Shown here one piece after another: positions 9,072 to 18,984 of a stretch of 33,367 nt of DNA. The translations under genes were made by a program, and so were the position numbers. The stretch spans positions 1-33,367 of the forward strand of contig CALAJS010000217.1 of assembly GCA_937922825.1 (NCBI GenBank), written 5' to 3'. The notes under the pieces are model-generated. The model was not told where the DNA came from. It was given only the letters and a program-made list of their open reading frames with translations, and did no database searches. How positions within the stretch are numbered: position 1 is the stretch's first letter; every line of letters starts with the position of its first letter. The stretch is from an uncultured Bacteroidia bacterium (GTDB lineage: Bacteria > Bacteroidota > Bacteroidia > J057 > CALLMJ01).

Positions 9072-9953
9072 TCAGAAATAGAACCAATGCCATCGTAGAT
9101 AGTGTTTGTTCCATTCTAATGCAGGCAAAGGCAAATGAATTGTATCCAAAACAAAAAATAAAATTTTAAGTACCTTTTTATTAGTAATAATTTTAGAGCA
9201 ATTCACATCGGGAGCGAAGTACCATTGTCTAAATTCTCTTTGGAGAATGATTTTTTTGTCTATTTTTCCGTATTCACCTTCTAGCCCATGAGCACCGTAT
9301 CCTACTGCAAAGTTAAGCCAACGAGGGAAACGGTTCGTTTGATTTAGAAAAGCAGGTATATCTACAACTAACCAGTAGGTTTGCCCGTTGTAATCTTTAA
9401 AGATGGAAGTAATTCCTTTACCAAAAAGATGAGGGTATTGATTGGCATAAGCGGTTCTATGAAAGGAGAATTTCCATTGAATACGTTGTTCATTAAAAGC
9501 CCAAACATTCACTGCGGATAGTAAGGAACCTGATGCATTGGCTATTAAATCTGTCCAGGAGGCACCCCATTTTTCAGTGAAACCATCAAAAATTTCTAAT
9601 GGTGCTTGAAAAGTAAACCCTGCTAGAGCTGTAACTATCCCTCTTGTACTCCGTTTATGCCCTGCCCAAGCCAATAATTCATTGACCATTTTAGATTGAT
9701 GATAGGCTGTCCATGCATGCCCTACTTTATCTACTTGTTTCCACTCTTTAGAATCATCAAAAAAATGAAACTTTGTTTTCGGTACATTAGCATACCATGA
9801 AATCCCTGTATACGTGTATAACCCCCCAACTACTCCAATACTTGTACCTGCAACAATCCAAGTTTTGTTAGCATTGGGCATAGTGTCGTTATCCCAAAAC
9901 CCTTGACCCATTATCTTAAATGGCATTAAAAAAAATAGTATATATAACTTCAT
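9072..9953 (-). CDS. Secreted hypothetical protein (possibly DUF2279-like periplasmic protein).
   Basis: N-terminal signal peptide MKLYILFFLMPFKIMGQG. Aromatic-rich 293 aa protein. The family assignment is tentative. Confidence 0.45.
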   Translation of the reverse strand: MKLYILFFLMPFKIMGQGFWDNDTMPNANKTWIVAGTSIGVVGGLYTYTGISWYANVPKTKFHFFDDSKEWKQVDKVGHAWTAYHQSKMVNELLAWAGHKRSTRGIVTALAGFTFQAPLEIFDGFTEKWGASWTDLIANASGSLLSAVNVWAFNEQRIQWKFSFHRTAYANQYPHLFGKGITSIFKDYNGQTYWLVVDIPAFLNQTNRFPRWLNFAVGYGAHGLEGEYGKIDKKIILQREFRQWYFAPDVNCSKIITNKKVLKILFFVLDTIHLPLPALEWNKHYLRWHWFYF

Positions 9954-10384
9954 TTTTCATAGGTTTTGATTTTGATTAAACGGACTTGCGTAGTAATACT
10001 ATCTTTTGTTCGAGAAAATACTAAAATATCAGGTTTTAGAGTATCTATGTTCAATGGAATTTCAAAGTTTGTTTCGCTTTTATGGGTGTACAATTTTTGA
10101 GTTTCTGTATCTATTCTCCATTTGCCTTTTTCTAAACTACCATTCAATTGGATTTCGTAGGTGTTGTCTTTATTAAAAAGGAAATAGGAATTAGGTCTTA
10201 ATTTTTGTATTTCTTCTTGTAATCGGTCGGTATCAACAGACTTTGTCATTCCATGAATTCTATAATTATCAACAAGCCATTTTCCGTGTAGAAGTTTCTC
10301 TTGTGAGGAATGTTCATTACAGGCACATAAAAATAAAATAAAATAAACACAGAGTATACTTCGGGGCAACATATTTTTATGCAA
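9950..10384 (-). CDS. Hypothetical lipoprotein.
   Basis: Signal peptide followed by a lipobox-like LCAC. 144 aa. 4-bp overlap with the downstream gene. Confidence 0.45.
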   Translation of the reverse strand: MHKNMLPRSILCVYFILFLCACNEHSSQEKLLHGKWLVDNYRIHGMTKSVDTDRLQEEIQKLRPNSYFLFNKDNTYEIQLNGSLEKGKWRIDTETQKLYTHKSETNFEIPLNIDTLKPDILVFSRTKDSITTQVRLIKIKTYEK

Positions 10385-10401
10385 AAGTAAAGATTTTATT
10401 A

Positions 10402-11160
10402 TTACTTACTCCATTCCCAAGCCAAAATTCCACATGCTATGGCTACATTCAAAGACTCAGCTTTACCTGATTGAGGAATGCTTATGCTTTGTGGTATTTT
10501 TGGGTTCCATTCGGAGATTAGACCACTCGCTTCATTTCCCAACACAATAAATTGGTATTGTTTTATAGGAATTTGCGTAATAGGAATGCCTGAAAGTTCT
10601 GATTTTAACATTTTTGAACTATATTGCTTGATTATATTTGGAACAGAAACATAATAAAAAGGAACGCGAAATATAGCTCCCATGCTTGCCCTCACTACTT
10701 TCGGATTGTAAATCTCTACACATTCATGTAAAATGACCCCATCAATATTAAATGCGTCGCAAATTCTTAATATTGTCCCCAAATTACCAGGGTCTTGGAC
10801 ATGGTCTAATACAAAAAATTTTTTGTTGTGAATATCTTGGGGGAAGGTATGTTCAATTTTCGCAGCAACTGCTAATACTCCTTCCGAATTTTCTAACTGG
10901 CTTAATCTCTTAAATTCATTCTCTTTACAAATATATCCTTCGATCATCGTACCTAAATCTTCAAGATTATGTAAATCTAATTTTTCTGATATTACGACTG
11001 CCCGCAAAGGAACTTTTTCTTTGATTGCTTCTGCCAACAATTTTTTCCCTTCTAACAAAAAAAGACCTTCCCGTTCTCTATCTTTTTTGTTTTGAAGCCT
11101 CGAAAAATATTTTAATTTATTTTGACTGATAGGAATAAACGGCATGTTTTGAATAAACAA
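10402..11160 (-). CDS. TrmH/SpoU-family RNA 2'-O-methyltransferase.
   Basis: SPOUT motifs GNLGTILRICDAFNIDGVIL, VLGNEASGL and ESLNVAIACGILAWEW. Confidence 0.8.
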   Translation of the reverse strand: MFIQNMPFIPISQNKLKYFSRLQNKKDREREGLFLLEGKKLLAEAIKEKVPLRAVVISEKLDLHNLEDLGTMIEGYICKENEFKRLSQLENSEGVLAVAAKIEHTFPQDIHNKKFFVLDHVQDPGNLGTILRICDAFNIDGVILHECVEIYNPKVVRASMGAIFRVPFYYVSVPNIIKQYSSKMLKSELSGIPITQIPIKQYQFIVLGNEASGLISEWNPKIPQSISIPQSGKAESLNVAIACGILAWEWSK

Positions 11161-11212
11161 TTTTACAAATTTAGAACCTTTAAGACGAAAAATTTGTAAT
11201 TTTGCAAAAAAA

Positions 11213-13039
11213 ATGGAAATGAGAAATTTACTTTTTATTGTTCTCGTTGGGATACAATTAGGGTACAGCCAACATAATAAAATAAAATTAGAGCCCGTCT
11301 CGTTATTAAATGTAATTCATATTCAAGAACTTAAAGATGAGCCGAGTATAACTTTAAAAAATATAGAAATTCACGAGCCAGGGATTAAGGAAAGTAAACA
11401 AAAGCAACAAACACAAAAAAAGGCTTCAGAAGCGGATAGTACTTCTTATACTCGAATAAAAAAAACAATGGTAAATGAACCGATTTTGGAAGGTACTTAT
11501 CCAGGTAACATTGCGGGTTCAGGCATACCATTAGACAACCACCTTGCAATATCCAAGGCAGGCAAAATTGTGGCGGTGCAGAACTCCAATTTTGGGGTCT
11601 ACAACACCTCAGGGCAATCACTACAACAAAAAACATTAGATGCTTTGTCACAAAGTTTAGGTTTTAACAACGCAAAATATGACCCCCGAGTGATTTATGA
11701 TCCCCTTCATGACCGCTTCATTATAGTGTACTTAAATGGTTCATCAGCAAATAATTCTCGAATTATAGTGGGGTTTTCAGCTACCAATGATCCAGCTGGT
11801 GCGTGGTTTATGTATGCTCTTTTAGGAAATCTAAAAGATAACCTGCTCATTACAGAAGATGTTTGGACAGACTACCCATCAATAGGTATTTCTACAGAAG
11901 AACTTTTTATAACAGGAAATTTATTCACAGATGCAGGCGTATTTAAAGGTGCAGGTATATGGCAAATCCCTTTAAGTGAAGGTTATATGGGAACTACCCT
12001 CAACCCCGTTGTTTACATTACTTATTATTTTTCTTTGATGCCTGTCACAGGTGCTACCCAACCTTACGGTCCCGATATGTATTTTATTCGTACAAACATA
12101 GGCAATGGTAACCAAATTCATATACATTATCTAACCAATTCCGAAGCGAATGGGGGCGTGTTAAACCCTCCCGTTACTATACCAACTATGCTTAATTACA
12201 GCATGCCACCTGATGCCCCCCAAAAAGGTACCACCCTAAAATTAAGTACTAATGACAACCGCATCCAAACTGCTTATTTGGAAAATAATATTATCGTGTA
12301 TGCTTTCAATACCGGACTAAACGGGCGTTCCTCTATCTATTACGGAACTATCTACCTGAATAGCATGGGATTAAGTTTTGCGTTCGCTGACGCTATCTAC
12401 ATTACAGATTCCCAGTACTCTATTGCTTTTCCGTCGGTGGTGTATGCAGGTTGTGGAAGCCCCGCAGGTAATAATTCTTTACTTTTCGTGGATTTCTCCT
12501 CCCCAAATAACCGACCAGGAATTGGGGCTTTTGCTATTGATGCAAATGGGGATTATTCGGATATGTTAATTGCTTTTGAAGGGACAGGGCAAATCGGATT
12601 CGGTACCAATAGCCCTTACCGTTGGGGAGACTACTCAGGCGGCGCATTACGTCAAGATGGTTCTAATCAAATTTGGTGCTATGGAGCAGTCGGTTCTGTA
12701 ACTGGTTTTAATACAGGTAGACTAGCGCATTTCTCCACAGACCTATGCCAATCTACTAACATTCAACCTAATACAACTACTCATCAAGAATTATCAGTTT
12801 ATCCTGTGCCATGTTACAATGAAGTAACGGTAACTTTTCCTGTTGAGAAAACAGGTGAACTATCGGTAAATTTATTAGATATCCACGGCAGATTCATCCG
12901 TAATCTAGTGACCGATAAATTATACCAAGGTACTGCCCAATTTACTATGTCTGTCAATGAACTTCCCAAAGGAACTTATATTCTTCAAGTTCAAAAAGAT
13001 AATAAAATTTTAGCAAAAAAGAAGATTGTAAAGGAATAA
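11213..13039 (+). CDS. Secreted protein with a type IX secretion system C-terminal sorting domain.
   Basis: N-terminal signal peptide. The C-terminal ~80 aa (LSVYPVPCYNEVTVTF...GTYILQVQKDNKILAKKKIVKE) fit the Por secretion-system CTD pattern. The body is of unknown function. Confidence 0.65.
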   Translation: MEMRNLLFIVLVGIQLGYSQHNKIKLEPVSLLNVIHIQELKDEPSITLKNIEIHEPGIKESKQKQQTQKKASEADSTSYTRIKKTMVNEPILEGTYPGNIAGSGIPLDNHLAISKAGKIVAVQNSNFGVYNTSGQSLQQKTLDALSQSLGFNNAKYDPRVIYDPLHDRFIIVYLNGSSANNSRIIVGFSATNDPAGAWFMYALLGNLKDNLLITEDVWTDYPSIGISTEELFITGNLFTDAGVFKGAGIWQIPLSEGYMGTTLNPVVYITYYFSLMPVTGATQPYGPDMYFIRTNIGNGNQIHIHYLTNSEANGGVLNPPVTIPTMLNYSMPPDAPQKGTTLKLSTNDNRIQTAYLENNIIVYAFNTGLNGRSSIYYGTIYLNSMGLSFAFADAIYITDSQYSIAFPSVVYAGCGSPAGNNSLLFVDFSSPNNRPGIGAFAIDANGDYSDMLIAFEGTGQIGFGTNSPYRWGDYSGGALRQDGSNQIWCYGAVGSVTGFNTGRLAHFSTDLCQSTNIQPNTTTHQELSVYPVPCYNEVTVTFPVEKTGELSVNLLDIHGRFIRNLVTDKLYQGTAQFTMSVNELPKGTYILQVQKDNKILAKKKIVKE

Positions 13040-13085
13040 TGGCACAAAATTTGAACGCATAACTAACATATTAAAAATTATAATT

Positions 13086-13958
13086 ATGAAACTTTTAGTT
13101 CTTTGCATTTTAATGAGTTTTAATTTTACAATATTTGCGCAAAGTTTTTCATTTATTGCAGTAAATGGAGACGTACAATATGAGGAAAAAGGTACTTGGA
13201 AAAAGCCTTTATCAGGGACCAAACTACCTGACGGCGCTAAAATTAAGTTAGGAAAAAACGCTTATGCCGCTTTGTCACACCAAAATAAACAAACAATCGA
13301 ACTGAAAAATGAAGGAAGCTATGCTTTCAATGATTTACAAGCGCAAGCTAATAAGCAACTTTCCAGTATAACTTCTAAATACGTAAATTACATCGTTAAT
13401 AATGCTACTGCAAGAGACCATATCAACACAATGTCTAACAAAGGTATGGTCTATCGAAAACTTGGTAACAACGCTAGTATTTTTTTATATCAACCTCCCG
13501 CACAATCTTTTATTCTAGAAGATATGGTCACTTTTGTCTGGTCACACAATAAAAATATTAAAGAATATATATTTGTGTTGTCTAATGATGAAAAGGAAAT
13601 TTTGCAAAAAGAAATAAAAGATACTATCCTAACCTTGAATATTCAACCTTATAACCTTAAACCTAATGAATGTTACTTCTGGAAAGTTATTCCAAAAGGG
13701 CATGAAGATTTAGAATCCAATGAAGCTTGTATCAAACGATACTCTCAAGAACAGAAAAATACTATCTACCAAGATGTTCAATCCATACAGAATGATTTAG
13801 GAAATACAACCCTTGCTAAAGTTGTTTTAGCAAATTATTATGAAGATAAAAAATTGTATATTGAAGCGTTAAATTTGTATAAGCAAGCGGCAGATAGTGG
13901 TATCCAAGAATATGTTAAATTGTATTATGACTTTCTATCCAAAATTGCAAGGAAATAA
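13086..13958 (+). CDS. Hypothetical secreted protein.
   Basis: Signal peptide MKLLVLCILMSFNFTIFAQS. 290 aa. No recognisable catalytic motif. Confidence 0.45.
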   Translation: MKLLVLCILMSFNFTIFAQSFSFIAVNGDVQYEEKGTWKKPLSGTKLPDGAKIKLGKNAYAALSHQNKQTIELKNEGSYAFNDLQAQANKQLSSITSKYVNYIVNNATARDHINTMSNKGMVYRKLGNNASIFLYQPPAQSFILEDMVTFVWSHNKNIKEYIFVLSNDEKEILQKEIKDTILTLNIQPYNLKPNECYFWKVIPKGHEDLESNEACIKRYSQEQKNTIYQDVQSIQNDLGNTTLAKVVLANYYEDKKLYIEALNLYKQAADSGIQEYVKLYYDFLSKIARK

Positions 13959-13966
13959 TTTTTAAT

Positions 13967-14890
13967 GTGTTGTATATTGAAAATGAGTATCTAAAAGCCG
14001 ATTTTCGTTCTTTAGGGGGTGAGTTAATCGCATTGTGGGATAAAAAAACGCAAACACATCGCTTAAAGGTTGGTAATAAATATTGGTCTTACTATGCACC
14101 AACTCTATTCCCTATTGTTGGTAGAAGTTATAATGATACAATATGGGTAAATGGCGATGCTTTTCCTATGGAGAAACATGGATTTTTAAGAAAAACGAAA
14201 TTGTCAACAACAAATTCTCTTAATCCCCACCAAATTACTTTTGAATTAACTTATAACGAACAAACTCTAAAAGTTTTTCCTTATTATTTCAAAATTTTAT
14301 TAGATTATAAACTTAACCAAAATACTTTAGAAGTAAGCTATCAAATACAAAATATCGTTCCTACTTATGAATTGAATGAAAGAAACGCTATTTTTCCATG
14401 TCAGGTTGGGGGACATCCCGCATTTAATCTTAATGCTTTTGAAGATTTATCCATTCAAGATTATTACCTACAATTCGATAATGAGGAACAGAACACTCGC
14501 CATTTAATCAATAAAGAAGGATATTTCACAGGGCAAACTGAAAAAATACCTATCTATGATAAGAAACTTGTTCTCAATGATAGTTTTTTTGAAAAAGATG
14601 CAATCATTTTGAAAAACGTTCTTTCCCGTTTTGTAGAGTTAAGGAATACAAAAAATTCACATGGAATACGAGTTCAATATAAAGATTGCCTCCAATATTC
14701 AACAAGTATTCAAAATTTTGTTCATTTAGGGCTATGGAAACCTGTACAAGCAGATTTTTTATGTATAGAGCCTTGGTATGGTTGTGCTGACCCAGTAGAT
14801 TTTAATAAGCCCTTTGAACAGAAAGAAACCGTATTATTGATAGAAAAAGGTTCTACGGTAAAACTTACTTATTTTATTACGGTTTTTTAA
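13967..14890 (+). CDS. Aldose 1-epimerase family protein (galactose mutarotase-like). Apparent GTG start.
   Basis: Pattern LFPIVGRS...FPMEKHGFLR...W typical of YihR/aldose-epimerase-like proteins. The start codon at 13967 is GTG. Confidence 0.5.
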   Translation: MLYIENEYLKADFRSLGGELIALWDKKTQTHRLKVGNKYWSYYAPTLFPIVGRSYNDTIWVNGDAFPMEKHGFLRKTKLSTTNSLNPHQITFELTYNEQTLKVFPYYFKILLDYKLNQNTLEVSYQIQNIVPTYELNERNAIFPCQVGGHPAFNLNAFEDLSIQDYYLQFDNEEQNTRHLINKEGYFTGQTEKIPIYDKKLVLNDSFFEKDAIILKNVLSRFVELRNTKNSHGIRVQYKDCLQYSTSIQNFVHLGLWKPVQADFLCIEPWYGCADPVDFNKPFEQKETVLLIEKGSTVKLTYFITVF

Positions 14891-14934
14891 GTTTTATTAA
14901 GAAACTAAACATATTCTTTTTACGTAGAATTTTT

Positions 14935-15591
14935 ATGGAAAGTAAACAATCTCATACGCTTGCTTATATTTTAGGGTTTGCAATGTTGCTCTTTTTGATA
15001 CAATTTATTCAATTTTTGACTCATTGGGATTTTTCTATTTTGGGGATTTATCCGAGAAGTTTTACGGGTCTTATTGGGATTTTTTGGGCTCCTTTGTTGC
15101 ATGGGAGTTTTGGGCATTTCAGTTCTAATTTGTTAGTACTATCCATTGGGCTTTTTATTTTATTTGAATTTTACCGAAAATGGGCTTGGGAAATCTTATT
15201 ATGGATTTGGATTGTGGGCGGTTTGATGGTATGGGCTTTTGGACGTGAAAGTTATCACCTTGGTAGCAGTGGCTTAATTTACGGTATCAACTTCTTTATT
15301 TTAACTACGGGAATTATACTACGAAATTTTAAAACGGTTGCGCTAGCTTTAGTTATTATTCTGATGAATCAAGGGATGTTTTGGGGGCTCTTCCCCACTG
15401 ATACGCAGGTTTCATGGGAAGCGCATCTTTTTAGTGCTATTATAGGTATAAACTTGTCATTGCTCTTGAAGAAAGAGATTAAGCAGGATTTAATCTCTAA
15501 TCAACCTGAAACAGCAATAAATGAAGAACTATCAGAAGAGGTGTGGAACTATCCTAAGCATTATTATCACCATAAAGGATTAGAAGAATAG
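14935..15591 (+). CDS. Rhomboid-family intramembrane serine protease.
   Basis: Six TM segments. Catalytic GxSG motif (GSSGLIYG) and a downstream His in a TM segment (AHLFSAIIG). Confidence 0.7.
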   Translation: MESKQSHTLAYILGFAMLLFLIQFIQFLTHWDFSILGIYPRSFTGLIGIFWAPLLHGSFGHFSSNLLVLSIGLFILFEFYRKWAWEILLWIWIVGGLMVWAFGRESYHLGSSGLIYGINFFILTTGIILRNFKTVALALVIILMNQGMFWGLFPTDTQVSWEAHLFSAIIGINLSLLLKKEIKQDLISNQPETAINEELSEEVWNYPKHYYHHKGLEE

Positions 15592-15593
15592 AA

Positions 15594-16385
15594 TCATTGG
15601 TAATTGGGTTTTCTTTTCTCAGAGACAGCGGCAATCATTTCCATAAAATCGGGGTTTATTAAATTTTCACTGTTCCATTTAGCGATATAAGCAAGACCTT
15701 CCTCGGGAGTTTTATTCCATTGATAATTAAGGAGTTGTTTAACTCCGGTAAGAATAAATTGCGAATTTTGTCCAATTTTTTGAGCAATTTTGATTGTTTC
15801 CTGGATAAGAACTTCCTGATTTTCATATATAGCAGAGATTAGTCCCCAGGAATAAACTTTTTCTGCGGAATAATCATCACCAGTAAAAGCCATGAGGCGA
15901 GTATGATTTTGCCCAATAATAGCAGGTAATCGATTTAAGGACCCTAAATCCGCTACAATAGCCATTTGGGTTTCCCGTAAAGAAAAGAAAGCGTCTTTGG
16001 AAGCAAAGCGCAAATCACAAGCTGATATAAAATCTAATCCACCTCCTACACAAGCTCCATGCACTGCCGCAATATGAACCTTTTTACTGTTCGCAATTTG
16101 AATAAAAGGTTTTTGTAATTCCGTAATTAACCGGTTAATTGCTTCCGAATCTTTTGAAAACAATAGCGATTGATAGTTGATAAAAAAATCCATCAAATCC
16201 AAACCTGCGGAAAAACCTTTTCCCCTTCCAGCCCATACAATCACTTTAAATGCAGAATTTTCCAATTCGTCTAATAAAGTAGCAATCTCGCTCCAAAAAA
16301 CTTTATTCATAGCGTTGATTTTATGGGGACGGTTAAAATAAATCAGCGCTACGTTTTCATGGGGTTCAACTTCAAAAAATTCCAT
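15594..16385 (-). CDS. Enoyl-CoA hydratase/isomerase (crotonase) family protein.
   Basis: Oxyanion-hole region AVHGACVGGGLDFISACDLRFAS and typical length. Confidence 0.8.
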   Translation of the reverse strand: MEFFEVEPHENVALIYFNRPHKINAMNKVFWSEIATLLDELENSAFKVIVWAGRGKGFSAGLDLMDFFINYQSLLFSKDSEAINRLITELQKPFIQIANSKKVHIAAVHGACVGGGLDFISACDLRFASKDAFFSLRETQMAIVADLGSLNRLPAIIGQNHTRLMAFTGDDYSAEKVYSWGLISAIYENQEVLIQETIKIAQKIGQNSQFILTGVKQLLNYQWNKTPEEGLAYIAKWNSENLINPDFMEMIAAVSEKRKPNYQ

Positions 16386-16386
16386 T

Positions 16387-16902
16387 TTATTCTTTGATGG
16401 TTTCGCCGTTGGCTACTTTTTTAATTAGCTCATAAAGTTTTTCTTCATCACCATTCGTATAGGAATTATGGTCCCAGACAATATTTTTGTTGCCATCTAT
16501 CAAAAAAGTATGAGGAACATTATTCACTCCTAATTCCCGTTTAAAGTCAGAATTTACGTCTAAATAAACTTCATATTTCCAGTCTTTTCCTTTCACTATA
16601 CTGGGAACTTTTGCAGTATTTCTAGCATCATCAATAGAAATGGCAATCAATTTTACACCTGTTTCTTTTTGCCATTCTTCATAAACTTCAGCTATATTCA
16701 CTAATTCCTGAATACATGGTTTACACCAAGTTGCCCAAAAAGAGAGAATGATAGGCTTGCCATTATTATCAAAGTCTTTAGTATTAAATGATTTACCGTC
16801 TAGTGTTTTAATATTTACAGAAGGTATCGGTCTTTTACTCTGAGCAAGTAGTTGTAAGCCGATAAAAAATAACATTAGAATAATTAAAAAATTTTTTTTC
16901 AT
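16387..16902 (-). CDS. TlpA-like thiol:disulfide oxidoreductase (thioredoxin fold), secreted.
   Basis: Signal peptide followed by the WATWCKPC active site. Confidence 0.8.
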   Translation of the reverse strand: MKKNFLIILMLFFIGLQLLAQSKRPIPSVNIKTLDGKSFNTKDFDNNGKPIILSFWATWCKPCIQELVNIAEVYEEWQKETGVKLIAISIDDARNTAKVPSIVKGKDWKYEVYLDVNSDFKRELGVNNVPHTFLIDGNKNIVWDHNSYTNGDEEKLYELIKKVANGETIKE

Positions 16903-17045
16903 ACTATTCTCGATTTTTTGAATTGATACGCAAAAATAAAGCCAAATATTAATAAAAAAAACAATTCTACGTATTTTAATCGTAAGTTTATCATGGAAAA
17001 CAGTAACTTTTTCAATGTTAGTAAGTAAAACTTAAAATTGTATCT

Positions 17046-17504
17046 TTGCGTTTTTTGTTAAAAGTAATGGAACAATATCAACAAATATTCATTCAGGTTA
17101 TTGAGGAGATGATTCCTTTTAATAAATTTTTAGGATTTCAATTAGAGGAGATTAGAGCGGGATTTGCTAAGATACGAGTTTCATTTAGGGAGGAATTTAT
17201 TGGGGACCCGCGTAATCGTAGGTTACATGGGGGATTATCAGCGACCTTAATTGATACGGTAGGAGGAGCCGCCGCCTTAACTACTCTTACTTCTTTTGAT
17301 GACCAAATCGCTACCATTGATATGCGTGTAGACTACCTAAAACCAGCTAAAGCAGAAGACCTTATCGCAGAAGGACAAATATTAAGAAGCGGAAATCGTA
17401 TTGTTGTATGTGAAATGAAAGTTTATCAACCTTCAAGTAAAGAGATTATTGCCGCAGGAAAAGCGGTTTACAATGTTATTAGGAAAAATCCCAAATCAGA
17501 ATAA
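17046..17504 (+). CDS. Hotdog-fold (PaaI-type) acyl-CoA thioesterase.
   Basis: HGG motif (LHGGLSATLIDTVGG) characteristic of the PaaI/YbgC thioesterase family. Confidence 0.7.
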   Translation: MRFLLKVMEQYQQIFIQVIEEMIPFNKFLGFQLEEIRAGFAKIRVSFREEFIGDPRNRRLHGGLSATLIDTVGGAAALTTLTSFDDQIATIDMRVDYLKPAKAEDLIAEGQILRSGNRIVVCEMKVYQPSSKEIIAAGKAVYNVIRKNPKSE

Positions 17505-17527
17505 TTTCTAATTCTTTTAACTAAAAA

Positions 17528-17559
17528 GCTATTGAAAGATTAAAATATCTTTCAATAGC
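17528..17559. terminator. Hairpin between convergent genes (13-bp perfect stem, 6-nt loop). Likely terminator for hpf and possibly bidirectional.
   Basis: GCTATTGAAAGAT-taaaat-ATCTTTCAATAGC. On the minus strand it is followed by TTTTTAGTT. Confidence 0.55.
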
Positions 17560-17579
17560 CTCTCAAGAACTTTGGATAC

Positions 17580-17882
17580 TTAATTGCGGATTTTTTCTTT
17601 GTATTTAATGATTTGTTTCTTTAAAGAATCCACACAAATATCCGTGGCTTCCTCAAAAGTTTTACATTGTTCTTCTGCAAACAGCGTTTTTGAGGGAACA
17701 AAAACTTTAATTTCCACGATTTTGTTACCATCTTCTTTAATTTTTGTGTTTTGAAGTTTTAGTAACACTTCAACGTTCACAATACCATCAAAGAATTGCG
17801 TTAATTTTTGGCATTTTTCGTTAATGAACTGCAGTAATTTTTTGTCTGCGTCAAAGTGGATGGATTCAATGTTTACTTTCAT
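17580..17882 (-). CDS. hpf: Ribosome hibernation-promoting factor / ribosome-associated inhibitor A.
   Basis: 100 aa. N-terminus MKVNIESIHFDADKKLLQFINEK and overall pattern typical of the RaiA/HPF short form. Confidence 0.75.
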   Translation of the reverse strand: MKVNIESIHFDADKKLLQFINEKCQKLTQFFDGIVNVEVLLKLQNTKIKEDGNKIVEIKVFVPSKTLFAEEQCKTFEEATDICVDSLKKQIIKYKEKIRN

Positions 17883-17911
17883 ATCCGTAAAAATTTAAAA
17901 GTTAAATATTA

Positions 17912-18811
17912 CTACGATTTAGGATGTGCTTGTTTATAAATCGATTTCAGTTTGCTAAGGGTATTATGGGTATAAATTTGTGTTGCCGCTAAATTTGCGT
18001 GACCGAGCATCTCTTTTACGGCGTCAATTTCAGCGCCATGATCTAATAAATGCGTTGCAAAAGTATGCCTTAATATGTGTGGTGAATTCTTGGCTAGTTT
18101 GGTATATGCAAGCAACGCATTCTTAACTATTCTATACAATAGTTTATCGTACATGGGCATCCCGTTCTTTCTTACTAACAAAACCTGATTTTTTATACCA
18201 TGATTTTGACAATACGCTTCATATTTCTGTATGCAATTTTTCGTACTTTCATTAAAAGGGACTATACGAGTTTTATTACCTTTCCCCGTGACTCTCACTA
18301 ATTGATTATTCAGGTTTATATCTTTCCATTGAACATTTAATAATTCTGACCTACGTAAACCTGAAGAGTATAAGAACTCTATAATCAACTGATTACGAAG
18401 TTGTTCAAATTCAGTTTTCCACTGAATATTATTGAGTAAATTTTCCATATCTCGTTCAGGGACAAAGTGAGGTATCCTTTTAGGTTTCTTGGGAGACAAC
18501 AATTTCCGCGTAGGATTATGCGTTAGGTTCCCAATTTTTTGTTGATACTTAAAAAAGTTTTTTATGCTTGCTATTTTTCGGCGTATCGATGAAGCATGCA
18601 AACCCTCTTCGTATAACTTTCTTAACCATAGCTTTAAATGATTGTGGTGAAGATTTTGAATATTTGAAAGCTCAAAAAAATCTTGGGGGTTTCTATTTGC
18701 GGATAGAATACGTGCAAATTGCATTAAATCTGATTCATAAGCAGTTAGAGTATGCTCTGAACGTTTTTTTTCGTATTGTAAGTATCGGAGAAATGGCTCA
18801 ATTGTATTCAT
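17912..18811 (-). CDS. Tyrosine site-specific recombinase, XerC/XerD type.
   Basis: C-terminal catalytic box HILRHTFATHLLDHGAEIDAVKEMLGHANLAATQIYTH with the catalytic Tyr. N-terminal SAM-like domain. Confidence 0.8.
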   Translation of the reverse strand: MNTIEPFLRYLQYEKKRSEHTLTAYESDLMQFARILSANRNPQDFFELSNIQNLHHNHLKLWLRKLYEEGLHASSIRRKIASIKNFFKYQQKIGNLTHNPTRKLLSPKKPKRIPHFVPERDMENLLNNIQWKTEFEQLRNQLIIEFLYSSGLRRSELLNVQWKDINLNNQLVRVTGKGNKTRIVPFNESTKNCIQKYEAYCQNHGIKNQVLLVRKNGMPMYDKLLYRIVKNALLAYTKLAKNSPHILRHTFATHLLDHGAEIDAVKEMLGHANLAATQIYTHNTLSKLKSIYKQAHPKS

Positions 18812-18912
18812 ACAGCGTTTCGTTTAGGAATGCAATGTAAATTTAATCAATATTTTTACAAAATGTCAAGTTATAATCTATCAAAAAATCAAAAAACATT
18901 GAAAATCAATAG

Positions 18913-18963
18913 AAAAAAATTAGTCGTTGGCTTGATTTGATAAAATATCTTTTTCCCAACGAC
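18913..18963 (-). terminator. Rho-independent terminator of the csm operon.
   Basis: On the minus strand, stem GTCGTTGG...CCAACGAC (8 bp) is followed by TAATTTTTTTCT, 22 nt after the csm6 stop. Confidence 0.5.
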
Positions 18964-18984
18964 CTTCTTTTGGCTACTAATACT

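Noticed and set aside
8902-9114. 70-aa minus-strand ORF.
   Set aside because: It is short with no motif and overlaps the start region of the 9072-9953 gene. It is probably non-coding leader sequence.
11385-13222. Short ORFs at 11385-11651 (-), 12378-12569 (+) and 13010-13222 (-).
   Set aside because: They are embedded in or antisense to the T9SS cargo gene and the following secreted-protein gene.
18568-18840. 90-aa plus-strand ORF.
   Set aside because: It is antisense to the Xer recombinase gene.
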